Source of the DNA: the human T2T-CHM13v2.0 reference genome, Homo sapiens
Strand: one strand, 5' to 3'
Assembly (NCBI RefSeq): GCF_009914755.1
Contig: NC_060934.1
Length of the DNA stretch: 64,000 nt
The notes under the pieces are model-generated. The model was not told the DNA's origin. It saw only the letters and a list, made by a program, of their open reading frames with translations, and made no database searches. The position numbers and the translations under genes were made by a program. Position 1 is the first letter of the stretch, and the number at the start of each line of letters is the position of its first letter. Shown here in pieces: positions 1 through 14,499 of this stretch.

Positions 1-62
1 GCATCAAGGATTTGGGGAGGCCTCACAGCAGTGCTCTCTACTTCATTAGGAAGGGAAAGCTG

Positions 63-422
<360 letters not shown>

Positions 423-1140
423 TTAACTTTGCTGCTACTGTAGCATGCCTTTCAGAAGTAAAGCATATTTAATTTATACACATCTCTATTTTTATTCCAG
501 GAAGACAGATTGTCATACCATCTTTCTACTTGTAGGGCACCCAAAGGGTTTTGTTTATAAAAATCAATAAGTCCAGGGCTCTTTGTTTTTTGTAAGCCAA
601 CCTATTTTATCTTTCACCTGTCTGCTGAAGGAAGCCATGTATCTTCCAGCAAGCAGTTGGATTTTGTCAATTCTTTGTGGTCCATTATCAGCCAGCCAAG
701 ATTCAAGGTCACTCACTTTAGATGTTTGCTTCCTGGCAGAGGGCCCTTGTCCTGATGAAGGCCCTTAAAGTTGGTAAATGAGCATAAACTATTTTGGGCT
801 TTATGAAATGCAATTCATCACCCTGCCCAGTGCTCCTCGTCTAGTCTTGCTTTGTGTCTGATCACTTGGCATTTTTAGCAGGTGAATGGTGCTTTCATGG
901 AGCTCCTAATTTTCTCTGCACCTTCTCTGAAAGGGCTAGGGTAGTTCAGTGTGTTAGATCTATGAGGTAAGGTTATTCAGATTGTCAGGATTATTCACTG
1001 TAAAGAAGACAATTTCTGCCAAAGATTATGTAATCTAGTCACTTCTCCAAATGTCAGGGTACTAAAAATAACCCCCAGTTGGTTTCCTAATTCAAATACA
1101 TTGACAAATTTTACAAACATATATTTAAGAATTCTCTGGG

Positions 1141-1833
<693 letters not shown>

Positions 1834-1937
1834 TGACTTGTCCTGTTCCAGGTTTTTAAATCAAAAACTAAGTTCATTTATTTACAAAATTTCTAATTTT
1901 TTAATTTCTAAGTTCATTAATAGTCAATGCTTATTAT

Positions 1938-2551
1938 TGTATTAGCAAGGAATGTCCAGAGAAAAATAACCAATAGAAGACTGGGGAAAAAAGAGAGAGA
2001 GGATTCATTAGAAGGTATATTGGGTTAAATGGTTATGAAGGCTGAGAAGTCCCACAGTCGGCTGTCTTTAAGCTGGAGACAGAGGAAAGACTATAGTGTG
2101 GTTTGAAGGCCTGAGATCCAGATGCAACTCCTTGACCTTGGACTTCTAAGCCTCCATAACTATGAGAAATGAATTCCTTTTTTTTTAAATATATATTACT
2201 CAGTTCCAAGTATTCTGTTAAACGCAACAGAAAACAGACTAAGCCACAGTCTGTGTCTGAAGGCCTGAGAACCGAGAAAGCCAAAGGCAGGAGATCAAAG
2301 TCCCAACTGAAGCCATCAGGCAGAGGGTGAATTCAACTCTACCTTTTTGTTCTATTCAGGCCCTCAGAGAATGAAATGATTCCCACTCACAGTGAGCGGG
2401 GCGGGGTAGGCATCTGCTTTACTCAGTCCACCAATTCAAATGCTCATCTCTTCCAGAAACACCATTACAGACACACCCGGAAATAATGTTTAACCAGCTA
2501 TCTTGGCATCCCATTGCTCAGGCAAGTTGACACAGAAAATTAAGCACCACA
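1938..2551 (-). mobile_element. MLT2-family (ERVL) solo LTR
   Basis: Starts TGTATTAG, ends CAAGTTGACACAGAAAATTAAGCACCACA, and contains ACAGACACACCCGGAAATAATGTTT typical of reverse MLT2. Flanks ATTAT/ATTGT. Confidence 0.85.
2120..2248 (+). mobile_element. MaLR (MST/MLT1A-like) LTR 3' fragment nested in the MLT2
   Basis: CCTTGACCTTGGACTTC..GCCTCCATAACTATGAGAAAT..GTATTCTGTT..ACAGACTAAG matches the MaLR LTR 3' end. Confidence 0.75.
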
Positions 2552-2559
2552 ATTGTTTT

Positions 2560-4130
2560 TTATATCTAACTGATACCTTTGCTATCAATTTTAACAGCAA
2601 ATTTCCATTTTAATGTTTTATCTAACTCAATAGTTGTTTATAAATGTATGTTTTATATATGCATAGATTTTACATTTTAGTATTTTTTTTGCTCCTAATT
2701 TGTTAATTCTTAATTGTATTTTGTTTAATGGATATAGATTACATAAAATCAGCTTTTTATACGTTGTTCAGATTTCCCTTGGTTCCTAGTTCATAATCAT
2801 TATTTGTGAATGTTTTGTATATATTATTTAAAAAGTATAGTTTTGTTAAATTTAAAGGAATACATATTTATTTGCTCAAATAAATAATTCACATTCACAA
2901 AAAAAATGCAACTTCTATTGAATTTAAATTCTACTTGTTCAAACATTTTATTATTCAATATACCTGTACTTATTTTGGTCTACTTATCTGTTCTGTCACT
3001 TTTGAGAGAGGTGTAATAAACTCTCTCACTAGTTTTGTAGCTTTGTCAATTTGTCTTCCACAGCTAATCATTTTTTTCTGTATGTATTTTAAGCTATGTT
3101 TCTGAATGCATAAGTATTATTGACTAAAATATTTTCATGGTGAATTATTCATTTCATCAATATGAAAAATTGTATTTTACTTTCATCTTGAATTCCACTT
3201 GATCCTGCTTGCTTTATTTTGTTTGTTCTTCAAAAAATGTGCTTTTAGTAGATTAATGTTATCCATTTATATTGACAATCATTATTTTATTTTAAAAATT
3301 TCGTCTTGTTTACTGATTTATTTTTATCCTAAGTCTTCATTACATCTTCCCCCACTTTTTAAGTTCTTATGTTTTTTTAATTTATTTATTACGTTTCCTT
3401 CAAGGATTTTGTTGCTGTTGTTTCTCTAATGATCTGGATTTATTTATTTCTATTTTTCAAGTGTTTACACTAAAGATGTTAACATACATACTTAAAATTA
3501 TATTTGTCAAAGTCTTTCTAGCATTAATCCATATTTGTATCACCCTCCTCCTCTCACTTTTAATTCTTTACCCAACAGAACAAAGAAATAACCCTATTTA
3601 TCTTTTTGTTCTACTAGACATAAGGTTTTATATGATTTCTAACTATCATGGTATATATAATTTTTAAAAAAATTATTGGTATTGTTTCAGAGTGTATTTT
3701 TTTGGTACTCGAGTGTTATTCAGCCTGCTTGGGAGTACTTTGCAGTCTATGCTTTATGTTTTGAGGGGGAGCTAGAAGGTACCACCTCCTCCTGTGTATC
3801 TCTGGCATAGTCCCACTATTCTGTCACAAGTGCCCAAACTCACTGCTCCTTCCCTGAGCTACACTGCTTTGTGGCTTTGCACCGGCTATATAGGAGAGAT
3901 GAACTTGGTACGGATGTCAAAAAGCTGGCCTAATTGTGTATCCTAACTGATCACACTGCTTAGAGATATGGTCCTGTCTTCCAGTGTCTTCCATTTTCAG
4001 GCTTGGAAGGCCTCTGAAAACACCTCTACTATTTAAGCAGTCTTGGCCTGTCCTTGTTTTTGCCTGTGGTTTCATTTATTTTCATCTAGAAGTTATCCAT
4101 TTTACGAATTTCAGGAATTACTCAGTTAAC
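2560..4130 (-). mobile_element. Ancient L1M remnants (antisense ORF2 endonuclease region and upstream sequence)
   Basis: T-rich strand. TTGAGAGAGGTGTAATAAACTCTCTCACT..TTGTCAATTTGTCTT resembles antisense 5' ORF2 of old L1. Boundaries approximate. Confidence 0.55.
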
Positions 4131-4134
4131 TTGC

Positions 4135-7100
4135 TTTGTTCAACTTTTATTTTAAATTCAGGGGTACATGTGCAGGTTTGTTACATAGGTAAGCTTGTGT
4201 TGTGGGGGTTTGTTGTACTGGTCATTTCATCACCCAGGTATTAAGCCAAGCATCCATTCGTTATTTGTCCTGTTCCTCTCCCTCCTTCCACCTTCCACCC
4301 TCTGATAGGCCCCAGTGTGTGGTGTTCCCCCGCAATCCATGTGTCCATGTGTTCTCACCATTTAGCTCCCACTTATAAGTGAAAGCATGTGGTTTCTGTT
4401 TTTCCTTTCCTGTGTTACTGTGCTAAGGATAATGGCCTCCAGCTCCATCCATGTCCCTGCAAATGGCATGATCTCATTTTTTTTATGGCTGCTTAGTATT
4501 CCGTGGTATGTATGTACCACATTTTCTTTATCCAGTCTATCATTGATAGGCATTCAGGTTGATTTCATGTCTTTGCTATGTGAATAGTGCTGCAATGCAC
4601 ATATGTGTGCATATGTCTTTATAGTAGAATGATTTTTATTCCTTTGGGTATATACCTAGTAATAGGATTGCTAGGTTGAATGGTATCTCTGTCTTTAGTT
4701 CTTTGAGGAATCACCACACTGTCTCCCACAATGCTTGAACTAATTTACACTCCCATCAACAGTGTATAAGCATTCCTTTTTCTCCACAACCTTGCCATCA
4801 TCTGTTATTTTTTAACTTTTACATAACAGCCATTCTGAGTGGTATGAGATGATATCTCACTGTGGTTTTGATTTGTGTTTCTCTAATGATCAGTGACGTT
4901 TTGCTTTTTTCATATGATTATTGGATGCATGTATGTTATCTTTTGAAGTGCCTGTTTATGTCCTTTGCCCACTTTTTAATGAGGTTGTTTCTTTTTTTCT
5001 TCTTGTAAATTTGTTTCAGTTCCTTACAAATGCTGAATATTAGACCTTTGTCAGATGCATAGTTTGCAAAAATTTTCTCCCATTCTAAAGGTTGTCTGTT
5101 TACTCTGTTGATAGTTTACTTTGCTGTGCACAAGCTCTTTGGTTTAATTAGATTCCATTTGTCAAATTTTGTTTTGTTCAATTGCTTTTGGTGTCTTCAA
5201 CATGAAATTTTTGCCTGTTCCATCTCCTGAATGGTATTATCTAGGTTGTCTTCTAGAGTTTTTATAGTTTTGGATTTTACATATAAGTCTTTAATCTACC
5301 TTGAGTTATTAATTTTTGTATATGCTGTAAAGAAGGGGTCCAGTTTTAATCTGCATATGGCTAGTCAGTTTTCCCAACACCATTTATTGAATAAGGAATC
5401 CTTTCCCCATTGCTTGTTTTTGTCAGGTTTGTTGAAGATCAGATGTTTGTATGTGTGTGGTCTTATTTCTGGGTTGTCTATTCTCTTCCATTGGTCTATC
5501 TGTCTGTTTTTGCACCAGTACCATGCTGTTTTAATTACTGTAGCCCTATGGTACAGTTTGAAGTTGGGTAGAGTGATGCCTCCAGTGTTGTTCTTTTTGC
5601 TTAGGAATGTCTTGGCTCTTCAGTCTGTTTTTCATTCCATATGAATTTTAAAATAGCTCTATCTAGTTCTCTGAAGAGTCCCAGTGGGATTTTAATAGGA
5701 AATAGCATTGAATATATAAATTGCTTTGGGCAGTTTGGCCATTTTCACAATATTGATTCTTCCTATACATGAGCATGGAACATTTTGCCATTTGTTTCTA
5801 TCACCTTTGATTTCTTCGAGCACTAGTTTGTAGTTCCCCTTGTTGAGAACTTTTACCTCCTTAGTTAACTGTATTGCAAGATATTTTATCCTTTTTGTGG
5901 CAATTGTGAGTGTGCATTATTCATGATTTGGCTCTCAGCTTGATTGTTGTTAGCATATAGGAATGCTACTGATTTTTGCACATTGATTTTATATTCTGAG
6001 ACTTTGCTGAAGTTGCTTATCAGCTTAAGAAGCTTTTGAGTGGAGACGAAGGTGTTTTCTAGATACAGGATCATTTCTAGATATAGGATCATCAATCATC
6101 TGCAGACTAAGATAATTTGACTTCCTCTCTTCCTATTTTAATACCCTTTATTTCTTTCTCTTGTCTGATTGTCCTGGCCAGAACTTCCAATAATATGTTA
6201 AATAGGAATGGTGAGAGAGGGCATCCTTGTCTTGTACTGGTTTTAAAGGGGAATGCTTCCAGCTTTTGCCCATTCAGTATGATATTGGCTATGGGTGTGT
6301 TACATACAGCTCTTATTATTTTGAAGTTTGTTCATTCAATACCTCGTTTATTGAGAATTTTTAACAGGAATCAGGGTTGAGTTTTATTGAAGGCCTTTTC
6401 TGCATCTATTGAGATAATCATGTGGTTTTTGTCTTTTGTTCTGTTTATGTGATGAATCACATTTATTGATTTGCATATATTGAACCAACCTTGCATCCCA
6501 GAAATAAAGCTGACTTGATTGTGGTGGATACACTTTTTGATGTGCTGCTGGGTTCAATTCACCAGTATTTTGTTGAGGATTTTTGCATATATGTTCATCA
6601 AGGATATTAGCCTGAAGTTTTCTTTTTTTGTTGTGTCTATGCCAGCTTTTTTTTTTTTTTTTTCCAGTGTTTTGCTCTGTTGCCCAGGCTGGAGTGCAGT
6701 GGCACAATCTCGGCTCACTGCAACCTCCGCCTCCTGGGTTCCAGCAATTCTCTGCCTCAGCCTCCCGAGTGGCTGGGATTACAGGCACCCACCACCATGG
6801 CCAGCTAATTTTTTTGTATTTTTAGTAGAGATGGGGTTTCACCATCTTGGTCAGTCTGATCTTGAACTCCTGACCTCATGATCCACCCTCCTCGGCCTCC
6901 CAAAGTGCTGGTATTACAGGTGTGAGCCACTGCCCCTGGCAACTCTGCCAGGTTTTGGTATCAGAATGATGCTGGCCTCATAGAATGAGTTAGGGAGGAG
7001 TTCCTCTTTCTCAAGTTTTTGAAACAGTTTCAAATACAAATGGTACCATTTTGTACATCTGGTAGAATTCAACCACGAATCCATTTGGTTTGGCGCTTTT

Positions 7101-7728
7101 TTTGGTTGGCAGGCTATTATTACTCTCAATTTCAGAGTTCATTATTGGTCAGTTCAGAGATTCAGTTTCTTTATGGTTCAGTCTTGGGAGGATGTATGTG
7201 TCCAGGAATTTATCCATTTCTTCTGTATTTTCTAGTTTATGTTTATAGAGGTGTTTATAATATTCTCTGATGGTTGGTTGTATTTCTGTGGAGTCAGTGG
7301 TAGTATTTCCCTTGTCTTTCTGATTGTGCTTATTTGAATCTTCTCTCTTTTCTTCCTTATTAATCTAGCTAGCAGTGCATTTATTGTATTAATTCTTTCA
7401 AAATAACAGCTCCTGGATTTGTTGACCTTTTGAATGGTTTTCCGTATCTCAATCTCTTTCAGTTCAGCTCTGATTTTGGTTATTTCTGGTCCTCCATTAT
7501 CTCTGGGATTTGGTTGCTCTTGGTTTCTAGTTTTTTCGGTTGTGATGTTAGGTTGTTAATTTGAGATGCTTCTAAGTTTTTGATGTGGATTTAGTGCTAT
7601 GAATTTCCCTCTTAGCTGTGTCCCAGACATTCTGGTATGTTGTATCTTTGTTCTTATTAGTTTCAAAGGGCTTCTTGATGTCTACCTTAATTTCATGATT
7701 TACCCAAAAGTCATTCAGAAACAGGTTA
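4135..7728 (-). mobile_element. 5'-truncated LINE-1 (about L1PA13-16 age), 3' ORF2 plus 3'UTR, decayed
   Basis: Antisense L1 3'UTR (GGGGTACATGTGCAGGTTTGTTACATAGG..CATCACCCAGGTATTAAGCC). Minus-strand ORF fragments translate to ORF2p ([23 protein letters not shown]; [18 protein letters not shown]). Many frameshifts. Confidence 0.93.
6647..6940 (-). mobile_element. Alu SINE, AluSg-like (Sg7-type diagnostics), nested in the L1
   Basis: Reverse Alu with CAATTCTCTGCCTC and CACCATCTTGG. TSD CT(A/C)TGCCAG(C/G)TTTT at 6637-6650 and 6943-6956. Confidence 0.93.
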
Positions 7729-8389
7729 TGCCATTACCAATGATAACCTTTTGTTTTTGGTGGCTTTTTGTATTTATTCCACTTCATTTTTTCATTTTTT
7801 CCTGTTGATGAGTTGTTGTTGCTGTTCTTGTTTAGCTTAGCTGGCTTTTCATTTAATATTGTCTACTATGTGATGCCACTTAGGGCGGGGGTAGGAGAAG
7901 TAATTGGCATAAGGCTCATCCTGCCATTTGAAATATGAAAATTTCATATTTTTGCTAGAAAACTATTTATTTCTACTGTATTGTCAAATTCACAGTGTTA
8001 ATACTCATTTATAAATCTAATTTATTTGTATTTGTGCTTAAACCCCCTTTGTCATTCTTAATGTTTTCAGTTCTTTCATTTTCTCTTTTTCTCATAAGGT
8101 GAACTTCTTAGCATTGCATTTATTTTACTGTTTTGGAGAGAAAAATATTTTATTATCCTATTTACCCATTTGGTTGTTTTCTATTCCTTCAGTTTTAGTT
8201 CTTAATTTTAATTAATTTCATCCTTTCAGTTCTTCTTAATGTTTCTACATTTAGTAGTCAAATTCTCAATGTATTATTCTATTAGCCTTTTAATAGTAAA
8301 AAAAAAAAAGTACTATTGTGAATTTTTTATAGTTACACATTTTGCTTTTACACATATTTTAGCATGTAGTTTTGTCCTTTTCAGATTGA

Positions 8390-8687
8390 TTTTTTTTTTT
8401 CCTTTTCTGAGACAGGGTCTTGCTTTGTCACCCAGGCTGGAGTGCAGTGGTGCAATCATGGCTCACCGTAGCCTCAACCTCCTGGGCTCAAGCAATCCTT
8501 CCACTTCTGCCCCCTAAATAGCTGAGACTATAGGTATGTGCCACCATGCCCAGCTAATTTTTAAAAAAATATTTTAGAGATGGAGTCTCAAATGTGTGTC
8601 CCAGGTTGTTCTTGAACTCTTGGGCAATCCTCTTTCCTCAGCCTCTCAAAGTGCTAGGATTACAGGCATGAGCCACCCAGATCAGCC
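8390..8687 (-). mobile_element. Alu SINE, AluJ
   Basis: GAGACAGGGTCTTGC..GCCTCAACCTCCTGGGCTCAAGCAATCC diagnostics, with high divergence. Confidence 0.92.
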
Positions 8688-8699
8688 TGAGGTAGTTTT

Positions 8700-10017
8700 T
8701 ATTTCAATTTTGATATCCATTTTGCTTCAGAGATTACTTAAGAATGTCTTAATTGTCATGATATTAAGTTTTTGTATAATTCTATGGTTGACATTTTACT
8801 TCATATATTTATGAACAATGAAGAGGCTTAATAATATCTCAACTTTTTGAGATAAATCCTTTTATTTGATAGAATCAAATCCTTCTGTTTAATAATCCAA
8901 ATCCTCATTATCCATGTACATTTATTATTGACATCATGTGTCCTTTCAGAAAAAGAAGTTTTATTAATATCTTCTACTTTAATTTAATGTTATCAAGTTC
9001 CATTTTCTGCAGGTTTTTCCTTATTTGGCTCCATTTTGTTTTTGCATAAAGAGATATATTTTAATAATTTTTTGCACATAATATTATTTTTCCTGTATAA
9101 TGCATTTGGCTTTTTCCATTCACTCCATTTCATCTTATTACATTTGCTTAATTTATATTTGCTAGAATATTTATTTCAAACTTTGCTTTGGTCGTTTTCA
9201 TTGGGTATTCTACTTGAAAATATCAAACACATTGTTCATGTGTATGTGTATTTATATATTGTATTATGAAAATGAACATCATGAGGGACTATTTTAATCC
9301 ACCCGTATTTATTGTGTTCACTAAAATATTTGGTTTTTATTATTTTCATCCTAGCTTGTATTTGCTATTTATTGTCTACTCTTTATTGATGCTGTTTGCT
9401 TTCTTCTAATCCTTATTTTTGCTGGCCTAGACTATTTTCTCTTTACCACCCACTGTTAATTTTAAAATTCCAGTATCATTTTAAATTGCCTCAAATATTA
9501 TCTTTTCAACAATAAAAATATTAACTTGCCTCATTTTATCAGTAACTATATTCATATTAAACAATAATTATATATTTCTAATAAATATTTTGCTCACCCA
9601 TTCTTACTTTTCCCATCTTTATAAAATGAAATCATTCAAAGGCATTTAAATCTCTAACTTCTGATCGTAAAACTTAAAGGTTATTCTAAATAATTTGAAA
9701 TATTTTATTTATAGGCTATTAAATGTTTTTCCTGATTTTTGTTGTCTATGTCTTATTTACCTTTACTTAAATTTTATAGTAAAAATTATCAGTCATATTA
9801 TCATTTTCAGTTTATCCTATAAATACATATTTATAAATATGTGTACATAAATGTCTGTGCATGTATTTTAAAATCTTTGCTCATGATTTATTTCTTTGTT
9901 ATCTTTTATTTAATATATCTGTTTTAATTTAATTGCCATTTGATAACATCTTATTCATATATCCTTGTGTTTTTCTTTAGATAAAACTGTGTAACATGTC
10001 CTATGAATTCTTGAAAG

Positions 10018-10065
<48 letters not shown>

Positions 10066-10450
10066 CTCCTTGCCCTAACAAACAGACGGTATCTTGGCTA
10101 GATAGAAGATTTTTGTCTCACATGTAATTCTATAGTCTACATATGTTCACTTCAGTAATCTGAGATTATCTGATTCTTTTTCTTGTGTAGAAAATCTGTA
10201 CATTCTGCCTGAAACTTGTAGTAGAAAATTTGTTCTAGTTGATGTTGGTTATTTATTCTAATCTGTCTTTTCCACTTATCATTTTAATATCTCTGATTAT
10301 TTCTACAGCGGTTTTGCTTAATCTGTCCCGCATATCTCTTTTTGTTTTTGTGAACTTCAGTAATCTTTGGGCATTGAGGTACAACTATTTATTTGATCTT
10401 CTGAATTGGGAAACTAGTAAGTTTCTCTGCAGAAATCATTCTGATTTTCA
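8700..10450 (-). mobile_element. Highly decayed L1M/L1ME remnants
   Basis: T-rich with antisense L1-like motifs (e.g. TATCTTGGCTAGATAGAAGATT near 10090). Boundaries uncertain. Confidence 0.4.
10020..10063. repeat. (CA)n microsatellite, about 21 units
   Basis: Perfect CA run. Confidence 0.98.
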
Positions 10451-11734
10451 GTTTGTGTTCTAAAATTGTAAAAATTGGACCCTTCTGACCACACAAGCAG
10501 AACATTTTGCTGTTGATTTTTTTCAGATGTGGATGGGGGAAGTTGAGGGATTTGGGGATTTTTTTTTTTCAACTTGTCTTATAATATTCCTTTCTGCTTT
10601 TGCCTTTTTTGGTCAACACATATTTTAAAAAGTCAGATATCTCACCTTTTCAGATCCCATCAATGGCTCCATAGAATGAGTTCATATCCTGTTTGCTTAT
10701 ATCACTTTAGACCTACTTATGCTAAAGGAGTGCCTATCTTCTTTCTAGCTTTAGGATAGGTATAAAGACTTTGTTTACTAAATCTCCCTTGTCAATTTTG
10801 AGTTTCTCATCCCCCTTTGATTACATACTGGAAACAATCTCATTCCACAAATAAATATGTGGTACTATGTTAAAATGTTTTTGTAATATTATCTTATTTA
10901 AAGTATGGTTGCTGTAACTTTACATTTGTATATTATTGACTGATATTTGGACAAATTAGTTCAAATGCACATGTATTTAAACAAACAGAACTCAGAAATC
11001 CCCTTTCTTTGCACTGCTCATATGCACAGATAATTGTTCATTGCATCTATCAAAGCTGTAATATTAACTGTAATACACAGCATCAGTCAATTTTGTTCAA
11101 TTAAAAAGTTGAGTTATCTATCTTGAGTGACTAGGTAGCCAGTTTAATCAATCACAAAAACTGTTTATAAATAAGAGAGAATCCTTCCAGGAAAACAGGA
11201 AATATAAAAACTGCAAAGAAGTTATGTAATTATTTTACTGATACAATTTCTTTTCCTCGGATCTTTCTCGGAGCACCACCTCTAACCCTAGCCCAGGTCT
11301 CTCAACCTCATGTGCCAGTGCATCCTTCATTTGGTATTGCTCACACAGAACAGGGGCTTTCTCTCTATAAGCCATGGTGGCCAATCTAAGAAAGAACAAA
11401 CTGCTCATTTATGCACTTTCATTTCATATCCTTTATTTTATTTAGACATTTCAGGCTTTGTTTGCTAATCAAAGTCTAGTTTTGCTTGAAGAATTGAATC
11501 ACAATAGATGGATACTGTGAACACAGTTCAAATTTGTAGAATACACTTCAGATACTAGATAAAGGCAAAGAGTGATCCCCTATGGCCCCTATAAAGAAAG
11601 ACATGGAAAGCCAGACCTTGCATCAAGCCTCATTTTCAATATGAAGATGTGACAAAAGAAATGGAGTGATAGTGGGGTTTGAAGTCTGAGCCATCCAGGA
11701 ATCAGAGAGATCCCTATCACAGTACCAGGACTTC

Positions 11735-13025
11735 TGTAGGCAAAACAATGCCCTCATAAAGGTGTCCACATACTAATCCCTGGAATCCTTGAATATTGTA
11801 GGTTACATGGGGCAGGTGTGGGGAACTAAAGTTGCAGATGGAATTAGAGTGCCCATAAGCTGCCCTTGAGGTGGGAAAATTATCCCAGATTGTCCAGATG
11901 GGCTTGTAACTATAGGTCATGAGGCAGAGGCAGACATGAGCATGGCAGGAGAGCTCCCCTTCTCCCCACCAAAGTATGCCAGGTGAGCATCAGGTGATGT
12001 TCAGGCGGTTGTTAAACTGCCACTTTAAAATAATAATTGGTTACAGTTAGCACCAGGGAAAGGCAGTCTCCCAGTAGATAGAAATACCTAAACCTGGTGA
12101 TCAGCAGCTTCCCAGTAAGATTTCAGGAGTTGGGTGAGTGGGCTCAAGCATATGCCCTAAGAGGCAAAATGGCACAGTTTAACTGGTATATAATCTACTA
12201 GGGACACTCAACCAGTGTGGAAAAAATGCCTCAAGTGAACATGTACACTTCAGTAAACACATTGCTCATGCTTCCCCCGGCCCCCACCAAGTGCAGGCAG
12301 GCCACTGCACATGCAGACATCCCACCCCAAGGGAAGAATCAGGGGAGTAGAGATGCAGACTCTGGAATAATGCCGATGCATAAAACCCCAAGTCAAAGGT
12401 CAAACCACACACTTGACTCTCTCAAGTTGCCCGCTTGGCCCTCTTCCAAGTGTACCTTACTTCCTTTCATTCCTGCTCTAAACTTTTTAATAAAGTTTCA
12501 ATCCTGCTGTAAAACTTGCCTCAGTCTCTCCCTCCACCTTATTACCCTTGGTTGAATTCTCCCCTCTGAGGAGGCAAGAATTGAACTTGCTGCAGACCTG
12601 TACAGATTTGCAGCTGCTAACATATTTTGGTGCCATGTGACTCAGATACATTCCCTGATGGTTACAAGCTCAGTGTAATTACAAGTGTCTTTATAAGTGG
12701 AAGAAGTGAGCAGGGGAGAGAGAGATGAAAATGTGCCATTGGAAGCAGAAATTGGTCATTTAATGTAAGAAAGTCTCAATCTGCCTATGTTGTCTTTAAT
12801 GATGTAGGAAGCAGATTGTGAACCAAGGATTGTGGGCAACCTGCAGAAGCTGAAGATCAAGGGAACAAATTCTCCTTTAGAGGCTCCAGAAAGGAGCATA
12901 GTCCTGTTGACACTTTGGTTTTAGCCTAGTGAGACCAATTTTAACCTCTTACCTCAAAAACAGTATTGTTGTTTAACCACCAAGTTTGTGGTAACTTGTT
13001 ACAGCAGCCATGTGAGACTAATACA
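11735..13025 (+). mobile_element. MLT1D-like MaLR solo LTR, split by MER50 (parts 11735-11904 and 12667-13025)
   Basis: GTCCACATACTAATCCCTGGAA..GTTGCAGATGGAATTA. Resumes after the MER50 and ends GTGGTAACTTGTTACAGCAGC..ACTAATACA. Confidence 0.85.
11905..12666 (+). mobile_element. MER50-family ERV1 solo LTR
   Basis: TG...CA termini. Contains GGCAGACATGAGC, CCAGGGAAAGGCAGTCTCCC, ATAAAACCCCAAGTCAAAGGTCAAAC, an AATAAA near 12489 and GAGGAGGCAAGAATTGA. 4-bp flanks GGCT/AGCT. Confidence 0.88.
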
Positions 13026-14499
13026 AGGTTGGAATCACTTTCAGGTTAAAAAACAGCAGCCTGTTCTGACATCAGTTCTAAAGTTTTCCATGTTCATTTT
13101 CTTCATCTCATATCTCCTCCAGCTCTTTCCTCACAGAACTTCTACCTTTAAGGTGATCCTGTATCCTCTCTTCTCCAACGCCTCCCTCTTTTATCTTCTT
13201 TCTTCCCCATTTCTACCCTCCATTGCACTATTCCCCTCTTTCTCTTTTCTCCTTTTCCTATCCCCCATTGTTTACCCACCTTCCATATTTTCCATTTCCC
13301 ACAAGCTTCTACTTTCTTGGAGGGAGGTGGAAGTCAGCAGTGGAAAGTAGGCAGTGTAAGGATATCTGAGTACCTGTTGTACATTTTTATTTTTAGAAAG
13401 GGATTTCACCAAGCTGCAGCACTTGCCTTGAGCAATCAATGAATATAAACTTTCCAGCAAAGATCTGCAGAACAATAGGAAAAATACATGGCTCCTGGCA
13501 ACTCAGCCAGGAAAACAAGTTCAGTTGCAATTTGCTCCTATCTGTAACTCTTCATCTTACTGGAAAGTGCTGCTCCATTAAGGCATTTCTTAGAGCAGTG
13601 TTCTCAAAATGCAGAGGTTTCTATCCAAAGATTCTGTCTGTTCAGGATTCAATTCTGTCTACACAGGATTGAAATTTTGCAAGTTTCCTTTAATTAAAAA
13701 ATACTAAATATAAAAACCCTACAAGAAACTGAAAAGAGGAGATTAAAAAAAACAAGATGTACTAAATTGGATGCTGACTATTGGGAAATTGAAGCTAAGT
13801 TTAAGTTGTAATTGTAAAATATTATGCAAATTTTAAACAACATTGAGAGTTTGGCCAAGGGGTCAATCTGGGTAAAAGTGGTATGAAAAATGCTCAATCC
13901 TTCTTTTCCTGCCATTCTGTTATTGCTAATCCATAGCAGTTCAAAAAATGCAGAAGTTTCATGACTCTGAGAGGATGCTAAGCAAAATGTTTCAAATGGC
14001 ACATTTCCCAACTGTTCATAAAAATTAGTAAAGGATAATAATTGAAATGGCTTATATTTTAATTCATATTTTGTGACCCAACCCCTAGAATGAGAAACAG
14101 CCAGAAAGATATGTGTAAAAGTTTTGCTCATAATCACAGAGGCAGAAAGTGAGGCCTTTTCACAGGAAGTCAAGAGGCGACGGCCAGACCCTAGAAAGCT
14201 GATGTTGTAACTGGACATCCAAGAAAAGAGCAAAGATTTGTGACAGATGGTCAGGGATGGAGGGACAATAGGAGGTGATTCTGCTGAGAGGGTTTTCTAA
14301 TTCTATGGGGTTTAAGTCACTTTATGTTAAAGATGGCATTAATGATCCCCACAGGGAGAGATTTTAGGGGATCACAGGGAAAGTGGACAAACAGTACCTG
14401 AAGTCTAGCCAGGGAAGAGGAATTGCTGGTCTTTAGCTCTGGTCTTGAAGAAGAAGCCACGATCATGAAGTATTTACCCTTAGAATAAAAGCTATACTT

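Noticed and set aside
13778-14233. 151-aa minus-strand ORF
   Set aside because: Non-ATG start, no recognisable homology or splice context, and compatible with chance.
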